Positions 29,962-41,851 are shown, counted from the first letter of the stretch. The stretch: DNA of 64,000 bases from Alphaproteobacteria bacterium (GCA_965222575.1 OZ244958.1:96001-160000); one strand, 5' to 3'. Notes: generated from the letters alone by a model not told the origin. Program-made: numbers and translations.

Positions 29962-30240
29962 TTATGAGTGTTCAAGATGGTGTTGATAAATTTTTCCATT
30001 GAGTTTTGAGAGATGACGGGAGACAGTTTTCTTTTTCAGCACGCCACAACGGACACCTTTATCCATTTCAGATTGTGCCTGTTTTAATAAGGCTCTTAAG
30101 TCTTCTTGGGGAAGATTGTTCTCTAATCCGCTGCGGACTTTTTTCATAAAAGTACTAATGCGGCTTTTTCTAGACTTATTTCTCAGTGTCCTTGTCAAGG
30201 TTTGACGATAGTGTTTTTTTGTCGCTTGGGTGTTTGCCAT
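29962..30240 (-). CDS. rpsT: 30S ribosomal protein S20
   Basis: MANTQATKK...RNKSRKSRISTFMKKV. Confidence 0.93.
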   Translation of the reverse strand: MANTQATKKHYRQTLTRTLRNKSRKSRISTFMKKVRSGLENNLPQEDLRALLKQAQSEMDKGVRCGVLKKKTVSRHLSKLNGKIYQHHLEHS

Positions 30241-30255
30241 TGTGAGTTGTGGGGG

Positions 30256-30669
30256 TTAGTATGTGGTGCCAAAGAAGAATGCAATTTCTCTGTTAGCACT
30301 TTGTGTACTATCAGAGCCATGTACGGCGTTTGCGTTGAGAGATTGTCCATAGATTTTTCGTAAGGTATTCTCTTTCGCCTCTTGTGGATTCGTAGCCCCC
30401 ATCAGTGTGCGGTAAATGGCAATAGCTCCAACACCTTCTAAAACTGCAATCACAACCTCACCAGAGGACATATAGGAAACCAGCTCTGGAAAAAACGGCT
30501 GGTCTTGATGCTCTTCATAAAAAGCACGGGCCTCTGATTCCTTAAGCTTTAACCGCTTTTTCGTCACTACCTTCAGCCCGTTTTGCTCAATCCTCTCTAA
30601 TATGCCTCCAACATCTCCCCGCACAGTAGCGTCCGGTTTAATGATACACAACGTTCTTTCAATGGTCAT
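30256..30669 (-). CDS. ndk: Nucleoside diphosphate kinase
   Basis: ERTLCIIKPDA, NAVHGSDS. Confidence 0.97.
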   Translation of the reverse strand: MTIERTLCIIKPDATVRGDVGGILERIEQNGLKVVTKKRLKLKESEARAFYEEHQDQPFFPELVSYMSSGEVVIAVLEGVGAIAIYRTLMGATNPQEAKENTLRKIYGQSLNANAVHGSDSTQSANREIAFFFGTTY

Positions 30670-30683
30670 ACTGCTCTTAAACT

Positions 30684-32669
30684 TTATAAAGGATGCGTTT
30701 GCGTCTTAAGCCATGTCAGAACAGAAGAAGGAACCTTCCCCCCAAGAACTTGTAAAACCTGTCCATGATATGCATTTATCCATTCTTTCTCTTCCTTTGT
30801 CAACAGCTCTTTTATTATCAACTCCCTTTCATAAGGCACTAATGTAAGAGGGCGAAACCCAAAATAATCCGCTCCTTTCTCTTCTACACACATCATGTTC
30901 TCTATTCTTATACCAAAACTTCCCTCCTTATAAAAGCCCGGTTCATTGGTCAATACCATGCCCCCACGCAAGCCCTTCTTCCCCCCTCCATACGGAACAT
31001 CCGTCCCCAACGCTTCATGAACACTTAACCCCGCTCCCACCCCATGACCCGTCCCATGCCGATAATTTAACCCCTCTTGCCATAACTTCGAACGCGCTAA
31101 AACCTCTAAATCACGAAAACTCGTATCAGGAGGAAAACGACACCTCGATAACTCTATATGTCCCCTTAACACAGCTGTATAACACCTCTTCATCTCCTCC
31201 GTCGCCTCCCCAATCACAACAGTGCGAGTGATATCTGTGGTGCCTCCACAATATTGACCCCCCGAATCAATTAAATACAGACCTTGACGCCCCAAAATTA
31301 ACGCCGTCTCCTCACACGCCCGATAATGCACAATCGCCCCATTAGACCCAAAAGCCGATATCGCCGGAAAACTCTCCCCCAAAAAAACCCCTCCCCCATA
31401 CCTCTTGCGCAAAGATAATAAATACCGAGATGCCATCACCTCCGTTACCTTACGCAATACCGCCTCGCACTTCACCCAGTACAAAAAATGCGTAACAGCC
31501 AACCCATCCAAAACCTGTACCCCCTCAAGGGCTCTTAACTCCTCCTCTGTCTTCACCGCCCGATACCCTAAACAAAAATCCGGTAAAACACAAAACCCTA
31601 CCCCCTCCTCCTTCAAAACCCCACGTACCCAAAGAGATACCCCCCCATCACCCCCTAACTTATCCCCCGAATACCTCCTAATCCTCTCCTCAAACTTCTC
31701 CAAACCAAACACCCTAGCCACCCCCTCAAGAACTTCCCTACCCCCCCACTCATCTGTAAATACCTCTAACCCACCCTCCATGCTCAACAATACACGACCC
31801 TCAAAAACCGGATAATAGGTCGTCTTATAACTCCTCAGATTCAACAACCATGACACATTCTCCGCATCCCACAACAATATTCCCCCAACTTCCACACCCT
31901 CCTCCTTGCAATAAGACCTCACCGCCTCTAACAAAAGCACCACTTTCTCCGCCGTCGTCCTCCCGCACAAACAAACCCTCTCAACCATGGCGACAGGACG
32001 CGGAATCCCACACGCCCAAAGCGACCCTAGTCCAGAAATAGGCACAAGACACACCTCTTCTCCTAAGGCCTTCTCAAAAATAGACACACTCCTATATAAC
32101 CTCGAATCATACCCTACCCTCACCCCCTTCTTCTTCCCGCGTGCCCACGCCTTCAACCCCGACGCAATACGCGATTTGTCCTCAAGTCTATACACCGCCG
32201 TATCAACTTCCCTCGAAGCCTGAAGTGCGTAACGACCATCAATCCACAAAATCCTCTCGTCAACCCCCAATAACAATAAACCCGCACTCCCTCTAAATCC
32301 CGTAAGCCATAAAATATGACGCTCACATAACGCCGGCCACTCCACCGAAAACTCTCCCCCCATAGACAATAAATACCCCTCCAACCCCTCCGCCTTTAAC
32401 CACTCCAAAACACACGCAAGTCGCTCTGCATCCTCACGCCCCCCCTCCAAATCCCCCAACACCTGCTCCCTCTCCTCCTCCAAAAATGCCAACACCGCTT
32501 CTTTCTCCTCCCTCCCCTTAAGAGACAATAAACGCTCCAATGCCTCCTCCCTCTTCTGAGGCACTTCACACAACGCGACACTGCGTAAAAAAAGCCACCA
32601 GTCTCCACCACCCAAAGGAGGCAAGGACACAAGCTTCTTCTCAAGCAACTGCTTGCCAAAACTTGACAT
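30684..32669 (-). CDS. pepP: Xaa-Pro aminopeptidase (M24B, aminopeptidase P)
   Basis: DSGGQY.GGTTDITRT, HGTGHGVG, NEPGFY, GIRIEN. Confidence 0.93.
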   Translation of the reverse strand: MSSFGKQLLEKKLVSLPPLGGGDWWLFLRSVALCEVPQKREEALERLLSLKGREEKEAVLAFLEEEREQVLGDLEGGREDAERLACVLEWLKAEGLEGYLLSMGGEFSVEWPALCERHILWLTGFRGSAGLLLLGVDERILWIDGRYALQASREVDTAVYRLEDKSRIASGLKAWARGKKKGVRVGYDSRLYRSVSIFEKALGEEVCLVPISGLGSLWACGIPRPVAMVERVCLCGRTTAEKVVLLLEAVRSYCKEEGVEVGGILLWDAENVSWLLNLRSYKTTYYPVFEGRVLLSMEGGLEVFTDEWGGREVLEGVARVFGLEKFEERIRRYSGDKLGGDGGVSLWVRGVLKEEGVGFCVLPDFCLGYRAVKTEEELRALEGVQVLDGLAVTHFLYWVKCEAVLRKVTEVMASRYLLSLRKRYGGGVFLGESFPAISAFGSNGAIVHYRACEETALILGRQGLYLIDSGGQYCGGTTDITRTVVIGEATEEMKRCYTAVLRGHIELSRCRFPPDTSFRDLEVLARSKLWQEGLNYRHGTGHGVGAGLSVHEALGTDVPYGGGKKGLRGGMVLTNEPGFYKEGSFGIRIENMMCVEEKGADYFGFRPLTLVPYERELIIKELLTKEEKEWINAYHGQVLQVLGGKVPSSVLTWLKTQTHPL

Positions 32670-33697
32670 TAAGAAACCTTCTCCCGTACAGGGAATTCCT
32701 TAGACGTTTTCACCCCCATAGCCCGTAGCTTATCCGCCTTCACTAACACATTGTCCTTCCCCTCAGCAAGATTCTTTAGCCCTTTCTCATAGGCTTCCTG
32801 CGCCCCCTTCAAAGAACGACCCAACCCCCCATAATACTCCAAAAAGATACAAATCTTATCATACAGCTTGCCGCCTTCCTCTGTAATCTTAAGACTATAA
32901 GCAACCCCTTGCGCCTGTTGCCACATTCTGCTCAACAACCCAAGCATAGCCATCAAAGAAAAGGGAGTCGCTAGAAAAACCTTATGCTTGCGCGCAAAAT
33001 CCAACAAAGAGTGATCCGTTTCTAACGCTAAACGCAACCCATGCTCTAACGGGAAAAATAGAATGGTTTCCCTCAAACTTGAAGAAGAAGAAGCCCCATA
33101 ATCCTTGCTCCCCAATGACCGAATATGAGACCTAAGAGACCCAACAAAACTCTCCAAAAACGCCCGCCGCTCGCTCTTATCTTTAGCATTGCTAAACCCA
33201 TAAAAAGATTTTAACGACACTTTCGAATCAATATAAACCCTCCCCTCCTCCGGTAAAAATAACACAACATCAGGCTTCAAATGACGCCCATCAGGCCCTT
33301 TCAGAGACAATCCCTCCCCTTGTAAAGCATAGTGCCTCCCCCTCACCAACCCAGCAGCTTGAAGAAGACCCTCTAACTGATATTCCCCCCACTGCCCCTG
33401 TACCAACCTATCTCCTTTAAGCGTCGTCAATAAAGACAGACTCCTCTCCTCAACCTTTAGTAACTGCTCTCTAATCATGGTTTGCTCACGCGTGGTATTG
33501 AGCGCAAAATCCTGAACCGTCCCACGAACAGACTCAAGTTGTGCCTGTAATGGCCCTAAAGCCTCTTTCACCTCCCGCCCTCTGTTATGCCTTGATGTCA
33601 CTTCTCCTTCCTTGCGCCACCTCAACTCTTGGTGCACAGCATTCACAACCAAAACCCCTAGTACCACCACCACCACTAAAAGCAACATCTCATTCAT
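32669..33697 (-). CDS. rmuC: DNA recombination protein RmuC
   Basis: QGQWGEYQLE, KPDVVLFLP, IDSKVSL, GGKLYDK. Confidence 0.92.
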   Translation of the reverse strand: MNEMLLLVVVVVLGVLVVNAVHQELRWRKEGEVTSRHNRGREVKEALGPLQAQLESVRGTVQDFALNTTREQTMIREQLLKVEERSLSLLTTLKGDRLVQGQWGEYQLEGLLQAAGLVRGRHYALQGEGLSLKGPDGRHLKPDVVLFLPEEGRVYIDSKVSLKSFYGFSNAKDKSERRAFLESFVGSLRSHIRSLGSKDYGASSSSSLRETILFFPLEHGLRLALETDHSLLDFARKHKVFLATPFSLMAMLGLLSRMWQQAQGVAYSLKITEEGGKLYDKICIFLEYYGGLGRSLKGAQEAYEKGLKNLAEGKDNVLVKADKLRAMGVKTSKEFPVREKVS

Positions 33698-33710
33698 AGA
33701 AGAACCTCAA

Positions 33711-34763
<1,053 letters not shown>

Positions 34764-34887
34764 TCACCCGCCATCATCTCACTCGCATAAGTGACATTGC
34801 ACTCAGCACTCTCCTATACTAGTATAGTCATATCCTCCATCCAAGCCTCTATTTATTTATTCGCCACAGACTAATCACCCGCCTCAC

Positions 34888-35208
34888 ATGACCAATCAGA
34901 TAAAATCTCTCACAAAACTCCTCAAAGATAACCAGGGCCAAGACTTAATCCTCTTAAAACCCAGTAACGGTCTTTGCAAGTATATGCTCATTGCTTGTGG
35001 TACCTCTTCTACCCATGTCAAGTCCATTGCGGAAAAACTGATTCACTGGGCAAAACAGCACAACCATACCTCTCCTACTACTGAAGGATTACAACAGGGA
35101 CTTTGGGTCGTTGTGGATGTAGGGGAAACCTTGGTGCATGTTTTCCAAAGTGATGTGAGGGATTATTATCAATTAGACTCATTGTGGGACAAAGCCCCGT
35201 TGCCATGA
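34888..35208 (+). CDS. rsfS: Ribosome silencing factor RsfS
   Basis: GTSSTHVKSIAE, WVVVDVG...VHVF...RDYYQLDSLW. Confidence 0.93.
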   Translation: MTNQIKSLTKLLKDNQGQDLILLKPSNGLCKYMLIACGTSSTHVKSIAEKLIHWAKQHNHTSPTTEGLQQGLWVVVDVGETLVHVFQSDVRDYYQLDSLWDKAPLP

Positions 35209-36671
35209 AGCCTTGTATCCTGTGTATCTTAGATGGATGGGGCTGTGCAGAAGACTCCCCTCAGAATGCTATTCTCCGTGCTAAAACCCCTGCTTTCTCA
35301 CAATTCCAAGACCGCTATCCCTCCGCGACTTTGCTAACCCATGGGGAACATGTTGGACTCCCTAAAGGACAAGCCGGCAATTCTGAAGTCGGTCATATGA
35401 CCATAGGGGCCGGACGACTCATCATCCAAGACTTAACAAGAATCTCTTCAACTCTTAGTAACGTCAAAAAAGACCGGCACGCTCTCCCCTTTTTACAGCG
35501 CTTTCGCAATGCTCCCTGTCATATCATTGGACTCCTTTCCCGCGGCGGGGTGCATGCACACATAGACCATATCCTTGCACTTTGCCACCTCCTCAATGCC
35601 TGTGGTACCAAAGTACTATTACACGGCATACTCGATGGACGGGATACACAACCTTGCGTCTCAAAAGAGGACATCCCTGCTTTTCTCAAGCAACTGCCAG
35701 CAAACACAAGCCTAGTCACTCTCTCAGGACGATTCTTCGCCATGGATAGAGACAACCGCTGGGAACGAACACAGAAAGCCTTTGAAGCCATGGCTTACGG
35801 AATAGGCCAACACTGTTCCTTAGAAATTGCCCTTAAGCAAGCCCAGAACACAGGAGATGAGTTCCTCCACCCTTGTGTCCTCAATCCACTTTATCAGGGC
35901 ATTCTTGACCATGAGGGACTCCTCATGGCCAACTTCAGAACCGATCGAATCAAACAACTGCTAAAACCTCTCTATCAAAGCAACTTTCAACACTTTAAGA
36001 GAAAACACCAGCCTCTTCTTTCTCGCGCCTGCTCCCTTTCTCCTCTGGACGACCCTAACCTCACTGCAATCACCCCTCTTTTCCCCTTTCAACCCCCAAA
36101 AAATACCTTAGGGCATCTCTTAAGCCAACAGAACACTCAACAGCTACGACTCGCCGAAACAGAAAAATTTCCCCATGTTACATTCTTCTTCAATGGACGA
36201 CAACAAGACCCTTTCAAAGGAGAACACCGACTGATCATCCCTTCCCCTTCTGTCCCTACTTACGACTTAGCCCCTAAAATGTCCGCCATGGCTATCGCTA
36301 CTGCCGCTCAAAAAGCCCTCAACAAAAAATCCTTCTCTTTCCTCCTCATCAATTTCGCCAACCCAGACATGGTCGGGCATACGCAAAACCTCAACGCTAC
36401 CATCCAAGCCGTTCAAGCCGTGGACCAAGCCCTCAACAAAATCATCTCCGCTGCACATCAACACCACGCAAGTCTCATCGTCACCGCTGACCACGGTAAC
36501 GCCGAAGACCTCTCTACACCCGCTCACTCTTGCTCCCCAGTCCCCATCATTATCAAACATAACCTCATCTCATCCCTTAAAAATGGTTCCCTGCAAGACA
36601 TCGCTCCTACTGTGCTCAAAATCATGAATCTCAACACACCACAAGAAATGACCGGAACCCCTTTGTTCTAA
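35205..36671 (+). CDS. gpmI: 2,3-bisphosphoglycerate-independent phosphoglycerate mutase
   Basis: ILDGWG, GNSEVGH, AETEKFPHVTFFFNG, NPDMVGHT; ATG 35205 overlaps rsfS stop. Confidence 0.97.
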   Translation: MKPCILCILDGWGCAEDSPQNAILRAKTPAFSQFQDRYPSATLLTHGEHVGLPKGQAGNSEVGHMTIGAGRLIIQDLTRISSTLSNVKKDRHALPFLQRFRNAPCHIIGLLSRGGVHAHIDHILALCHLLNACGTKVLLHGILDGRDTQPCVSKEDIPAFLKQLPANTSLVTLSGRFFAMDRDNRWERTQKAFEAMAYGIGQHCSLEIALKQAQNTGDEFLHPCVLNPLYQGILDHEGLLMANFRTDRIKQLLKPLYQSNFQHFKRKHQPLLSRACSLSPLDDPNLTAITPLFPFQPPKNTLGHLLSQQNTQQLRLAETEKFPHVTFFFNGRQQDPFKGEHRLIIPSPSVPTYDLAPKMSAMAIATAAQKALNKKSFSFLLINFANPDMVGHTQNLNATIQAVQAVDQALNKIISAAHQHHASLIVTADHGNAEDLSTPAHSCSPVPIIIKHNLISSLKNGSLQDIAPTVLKIMNLNTPQEMTGTPLF

Positions 36672-36765
36672 AAAAATACTTGCTTATCTCCGCATTCTCT
36701 ATACAATACACAATACTTAAGACAAGAAAAAAAACCCTCCTAACCCACAGCACTCATAAGCTTTC

Positions 36766-38064
36766 ATGAACAAGACTTTCCTCTCTCAAGGCCTCCTTTT
36801 TCTTCTCCCCCTCTTCTTGCTCTCCTCTCCCTCTTTCGGAGAAGAACGCGAACTCGACCTCAGTGCAGAAGACAAAACCTTGATACAAAAAACAATCAAC
36901 ATCGCTGAAGAATTCTACCACCTCTCCGTCAACAAAAATCATATGATTAAAAAGGGCGCTATCAGAGTCGTCGAACATATCGATACCCATAACCTTTTTC
37001 TAGAAAACGCCCTACAAAAGGAAATCAAACGAAACAAAGGCATTGGCATCGTTTTCGCCTTTGAGAAAGGCAATTCCTATCTTGAAGTCCTGACCGTTTA
37101 TCCCGGCTCTTCCGCTCACGAAGCCGGACTTAAAGCCGGCAACATTATCTGGCGTATACAAGGACTCTCCATCTCATCATACACCTCCAGACAACACATC
37201 TTAAAAGCCCTCACAGGACAAAATAAACAGGTCATTTCCCTTGCCATCTACGAAGACAGAAACTTCCTCACCCGTAAACAAGTAAAAGTCACTGTAGGAA
37301 AATTAGGCATTCCCATCTCCATCTGTAAACCTATACAGGATAATGTCTTGTACATTAAATACCAAACATTCCAAAAAGGGGATGCAGACCTTCTCACGAA
37401 ATGTCTTCAAAAACATTCCTATAAAGGGATTCTCTTTGACCTCAGAGAAACCGCAGGCGGACAAACAGAGGAAACCTTAAAAATAACAGACCTCTTTCTC
37501 AACAAAGGGCAACAACTGCTCACCCTAGAATTCAATGATGGCGAAACAAAATCCTACCGCTCTCAAACCGCCGCCGCTGCCCCCCAAGTGCCCCTCGTAT
37601 TGCTCATCTCTCACACCACCGCCTTCTCAGGAGAACTCATAGCAGGTATCCTCAAACACCAAAACCGCGCCACCCTCATGGGGAGCAAAACCATGGGACA
37701 AGGAAGCTTCCAACAAAGCTTCCCCCTAGACCAAAACTATACCCTCCTCCTCACAACCGCTTGGTTCCAACTCCCAAATAAACAATGGATAAAAGATGGC
37801 ATCCTCCCCCATATCTCCATTAAGCCGCATGATGAAACCCTCATTATCAAAGATTTCCTACCAGATAAACCAGATGACGATACCCTCCTCGCTAGAAAAC
37901 ACGCCATAGACAAAACACATCTTCCACACACAGAAGACTCAATAAGCCAAAATAAACTACAAGAACACATCCTTCAACAAAAAACCCTCAAAATCGGAGG
38001 GAAAATTGACAATACCCTACAAAGAGCCTTAGACCTCATCAACTCTTTAGCAACCCTAAACTAA
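36766..38064 (+). CDS. S41 (CtpA-like) protein with PDZ domain, catalytic residues apparently lost
   Basis: Signal peptide, PDZ (GIGI...PGSSAHEAGLKAG), DLRETAGG, TAFSGE and TMGQG in place of SASASE and GKG. Confidence 0.8.
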   Translation: MNKTFLSQGLLFLLPLFLLSSPSFGEERELDLSAEDKTLIQKTINIAEEFYHLSVNKNHMIKKGAIRVVEHIDTHNLFLENALQKEIKRNKGIGIVFAFEKGNSYLEVLTVYPGSSAHEAGLKAGNIIWRIQGLSISSYTSRQHILKALTGQNKQVISLAIYEDRNFLTRKQVKVTVGKLGIPISICKPIQDNVLYIKYQTFQKGDADLLTKCLQKHSYKGILFDLRETAGGQTEETLKITDLFLNKGQQLLTLEFNDGETKSYRSQTAAAAPQVPLVLLISHTTAFSGELIAGILKHQNRATLMGSKTMGQGSFQQSFPLDQNYTLLLTTAWFQLPNKQWIKDGILPHISIKPHDETLIIKDFLPDKPDDDTLLARKHAIDKTHLPHTEDSISQNKLQEHILQQKTLKIGGKIDNTLQRALDLINSLATLN

Positions 38065-38067
38065 ATA

Positions 38068-39429
38068 ATGCCCCCCATGAAACCACTGCTTCAACTCCTC
38101 GTACTAGCACCCCTTATCCTCTCTGTGTCATCCCTCACGGCAGAAACCTTCGATTCTCCCCTTGACTTACAAAAAGTCATGTCCATTGTACAAAAACATT
38201 ACGTTCAGCCTCAAAAAAGCCATGAAATCACCGTCATCGCCCTCAATGGCATGCTGTCTTCTCTGGATAGATACTCCACCTATTTAGAAAAAATGGACTT
38301 GGAAAATAAAAATATTCGCACCTTTGGACAATTCGGCGGTATCGGGTCAACAGTACGGCACATCGGGGGCTTTGTACACCTAGAGAAAATCTATGAAAAC
38401 GCCCCAGCAGATAAAGCTAACCTGAAAAATGGAGACTTCATCACCGCCATTGACGGCAACACTCTCCTTAAGTTGTCCTTTGAAGAGGCCTTAAATCTTA
38501 TTCGCGGTAAACCGGGCTCAACTATCACCCTTTCTATCTTTCGTCCCTCTGAAATCGACCCCGAAAAACAAAACTTTAATGTGGATATCACACGAGAACT
38601 TGTCAAAATTTCCGCTATTAATAAATACTACAGCCTAGATAATGATGTGCTGTATATCAAAGTCAACAGCTTTAGTGCACGCGTCACACAAGACCTAAAA
38701 AACGCCCTTGAAGCCTTAATCACTTCTCATCCTCTCTACAAAGGATTAATCCTAGACCTGCGAGGCAACCCGGGCGGACTCTTAAATGAAGCCGTTGCCC
38801 TAGCCGATCTCTTCATACAACAGGGACTCATCGTAAGCGCTGTTTATAAACCTAGGGGGCGTACCCAGACACGCGAGTACACCGCAACTTACGGCGACCT
38901 TATTAAGGGAAAACCCCTTGTCGTACTCATTGACAACAGAAGTGCTAGTGCTTCTGAGCTTATCAGCGCGGCTTTCAAAGACAATAAACGCGCCATCATC
39001 ATGGGTACCCCCTCCTTTGGAAAAGGACTCATCCAACAAGCTATCCCCGTGGGAAAAAATCAATCCATCTCCATCACCGTAGGAGAATACTTTTCTCTCC
39101 AACGCTACTCTCTCAACAAAAAAGGCATTGTGCCTGACATCTTAGTGGATATCAATAAAACAATTCTTGATAACAACAACAAGCCTATTACCTTAGTCAA
39201 AGACAAAATGGAGGAAATTCCTCTGGAGTTGCGCAAAACTCTCTCTCCTGACAAACTTTCCTCCTACGAAACAAACATCAAAACCCTCATTTTGAAAGAA
39301 GAAGACTATAAGGCAAAACTTGAACAAGGCGAAGATGCACAAATCCTCGTAGAGGATTATCTCCTGCACAGAGCCGCAAACCTCGTTGAAAGTCTCAGAG
39401 CTCTTCAACTCCAAGAACAAACTCCTTAA
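38068..39429 (+). CDS. ctpA: Carboxy-terminal processing protease CtpA (S41)
   Basis: FGGIG PDZ, DLRGNPGGLL, SASASE, SFGKG. Confidence 0.93.
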   Translation: MPPMKPLLQLLVLAPLILSVSSLTAETFDSPLDLQKVMSIVQKHYVQPQKSHEITVIALNGMLSSLDRYSTYLEKMDLENKNIRTFGQFGGIGSTVRHIGGFVHLEKIYENAPADKANLKNGDFITAIDGNTLLKLSFEEALNLIRGKPGSTITLSIFRPSEIDPEKQNFNVDITRELVKISAINKYYSLDNDVLYIKVNSFSARVTQDLKNALEALITSHPLYKGLILDLRGNPGGLLNEAVALADLFIQQGLIVSAVYKPRGRTQTREYTATYGDLIKGKPLVVLIDNRSASASELISAAFKDNKRAIIMGTPSFGKGLIQQAIPVGKNQSISITVGEYFSLQRYSLNKKGIVPDILVDINKTILDNNNKPITLVKDKMEEIPLELRKTLSPDKLSSYETNIKTLILKEEDYKAKLEQGEDAQILVEDYLLHRAANLVESLRALQLQEQTP

Positions 39430-39628
39430 GACCCCACAGCACCCCCCCCTTCCCCCTTCCCCCTTCCTGCCTCCCCTTCCTTTTTATTGGCTTTATTGGC
39501 AGGGCTTATCACAGGACACTTGCAAAATCCCATACTATGAGACCCCCCCTTCAGTTGGTGAGACTTACAGCACCAACAAAGAGGAGTGTGTATGAGAGAG
39601 AGACCCCTTCAATTGAGGGCTTGTCGGC

Positions 39629-41389
39629 TTACGGCACCAACTCTTTATAATGCCCAGAGGAGCGTGTAAAGGACACAACGATATCTTGCGTCACAGGAAT
39701 AGAAACGCCTCCTAATGTCCATGGCTTAACAATTTCTTTCTCCTGCTTAAGGGTCGCAAAGAGTGTTTGCAATCCTTCATGGGCAATGAGATTTTCGACT
39801 TTAACCCCTCTAGGGAAAATAGCAAACCGCCTTGTTAGTGCTGCAAGCTCCCCAAATAATTCACAAACCCACAAGGCATTTTCTTCTCCTTTTCTGCCCC
39901 CAACCCATAGAAGTCCCGCTTTATCGGCAGTAGCCGTAGTAATCTCATGGGGACAGTCCACCACATCAGGGTGTGCAATTTTCTCCTCCCCTCCTCTGAG
40001 AAAAATGTCCCAAGAGGCTTTATAGGTCGTATGATCCTCTGTGGTAAGCTTCACAATTTGTCCGTTAGGAGGAGAAAAAAGAGGATTGAGATGTTGATTA
40101 TGAAGCGGCGTCTGCGGGTGAGCAAACACAATAATCAGTTCGTTCTCAAGGGGGTCTACCACGAGAGAATGAATGCGGTTTAGGGGGGTAGCCCCTACAA
40201 GATCCGCTGCCCGGCGCGCCTCAATCAGAACATCAACTTGAGATGAAAACCCTGCCTCTTTTGTAAGAGAAGGGTGACCAAAGGCAAGAGGCTCCCAAAT
40301 AAGTGACCCTTCCTCCTCCCACTTTGCCACAAAAAGCTCTCCTTCATTCAAGAATCCTTCCCTATAGTCATACATTTTCGCATCGATTTGCGAAACATCA
40401 GCCATCATAAGGTGACGTGAGATAAATTTATAGAAGTATTCCCCCCCATCATAATCAGCCATATAGATAACAATCTTGCCAACCACTATTGAGGAGGAAA
40501 ACTCCATAGGCTCAAAGACAACACAGCTCGCCCCATGGTTAAATCGCCCTAAAGAAGTAAGTTTTTCAGGCATTGTGCCTCTTTTCTGCGGGTCAAGATG
40601 GAGCATCCATCCATATAAGTTAGGCCCTCTAGGGAAAGCTTTAAGACGAAACTCCGCCTCTCTTTCAGAGCCTTTCACCAAGGGATGCTGTCCTATGCCC
40701 ATGCGTTGATAGTTGGCTTTTTCCTCTTCAGGTATTTGGTCTGTGTCGTGAAAATAGCGCCCTATCTGGTTCTCTCCAACTAAGAGCGTATGCCAAGGCG
40801 TAGAGGTCATGAGTTTCTCTCCAACAAGTCCCTTAGCATAGTATTTCATCCGCCCATCGGAACGGCGTAGCCTCCTGGAGGCTTGACACTCACCCGTGAT
40901 AAGGTATCGATTCAGTCCTTCATACTCAGAGGTGATGGTATTATCAACTTCAAATACCCACTTCACACTTTCCTTTTCTTTAAGAAAGACTTTGTCTCTC
41001 TGTCCCATCCGCATGACAATCCCATGATTGTCCCAATGCTCTGTGTGATACGCCACAGCAAACACGCCAAATTCCGCTAGCTGAGCGGAATGGCTGTAGA
41101 TATCCTGTAAATAGAGAAAGGCACTACTACTGATAGTTGTCCCTTTCAAGAGGTCTGTATTAGGCTTAAGGGAGTCAATCCACTGAGCAGCGATATCTTT
41201 AGGCAACACTAAAGTTGTGGAATCAATGTTCGCGGGAAATTGAAAGACGAGTCGGTCTAAGGGTGCTGCTAGGGCTTTCTCTGGCAGAAAGAGTCTAGGG
41301 GCAAGAAAAACAGCAGAAGTCGCTGCCGTCGTTTTCAGACAAAGATGAAGAAACTGGCGCCTTGAAATAGGACGTGCAAGCCACCTCAT
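39629..41389 (-). CDS. Tat-exported PhoX (DUF839)-like protein, divergent
   Basis: SRRQFL Tat motif; TPWHTLLVGEN, LGRFNH, YKFIS, ARRAADLVGATPLNR; ATG overlaps holC stop. Confidence 0.8.
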   Translation of the reverse strand: MRWLARPISRRQFLHLCLKTTAATSAVFLAPRLFLPEKALAAPLDRLVFQFPANIDSTTLVLPKDIAAQWIDSLKPNTDLLKGTTISSSAFLYLQDIYSHSAQLAEFGVFAVAYHTEHWDNHGIVMRMGQRDKVFLKEKESVKWVFEVDNTITSEYEGLNRYLITGECQASRRLRRSDGRMKYYAKGLVGEKLMTSTPWHTLLVGENQIGRYFHDTDQIPEEEKANYQRMGIGQHPLVKGSEREAEFRLKAFPRGPNLYGWMLHLDPQKRGTMPEKLTSLGRFNHGASCVVFEPMEFSSSIVVGKIVIYMADYDGGEYFYKFISRHLMMADVSQIDAKMYDYREGFLNEGELFVAKWEEEGSLIWEPLAFGHPSLTKEAGFSSQVDVLIEARRAADLVGATPLNRIHSLVVDPLENELIIVFAHPQTPLHNQHLNPLFSPPNGQIVKLTTEDHTTYKASWDIFLRGGEEKIAHPDVVDCPHEITTATADKAGLLWVGGRKGEENALWVCELFGELAALTRRFAIFPRGVKVENLIAHEGLQTLFATLKQEKEIVKPWTLGGVSIPVTQDIVVSFTRSSGHYKELVP

Positions 41390-41844
41390 GAGGAAACCCT
41401 CTCTTGCCATTGCATATGCTGCCACACTAAAAAAGAGACATAAAGAAAAGACTTCTTAGCGATTTGCCAGCATTGACGCGCTCTTTGTAGGGTTTCCTGA
41501 TTATCAAAGCAACACCACACATCAAGTCCTAAAAGGGTAGCAGCCGTAAAATCCTCTTGAGAAGAAGGGGATATCAACACCAATTCCCGTGATTTTGTCA
41601 GTTGCTGAAAGTCCGTTATCAGAAGGCACGGGTGCCTATCTGAGGCGTTGTGATAAGTCCCATGGGGCAAAAAGACAGATTTTGAGAACGTCCAAAGGGC
41701 TTTATCTAAAACCATGAGCTCTTCATCTGTTTGTAGCTTAATAGCAAAGGGTGTTTTTTGTTTGAAGGCCCGCAACGCCAAGTTCGTCCAAATGTTGACA
41801 GGTTCTTCCTGATGGTACAGATAAAACGTGCAAGTTTTCTTCAC
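41386..41844 (-). CDS. holC: DNA polymerase III chi subunit
   Basis: LDKALWTF...FLPHG, ARQCW; downstream of pepA. Confidence 0.85.
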   Translation of the reverse strand: MKKTCTFYLYHQEEPVNIWTNLALRAFKQKTPFAIKLQTDEELMVLDKALWTFSKSVFLPHGTYHNASDRHPCLLITDFQQLTKSRELVLISPSSQEDFTAATLLGLDVWCCFDNQETLQRARQCWQIAKKSFLYVSFLVWQHMQWQERVSS

Positions 41845-41851
41845 GGCTCCC

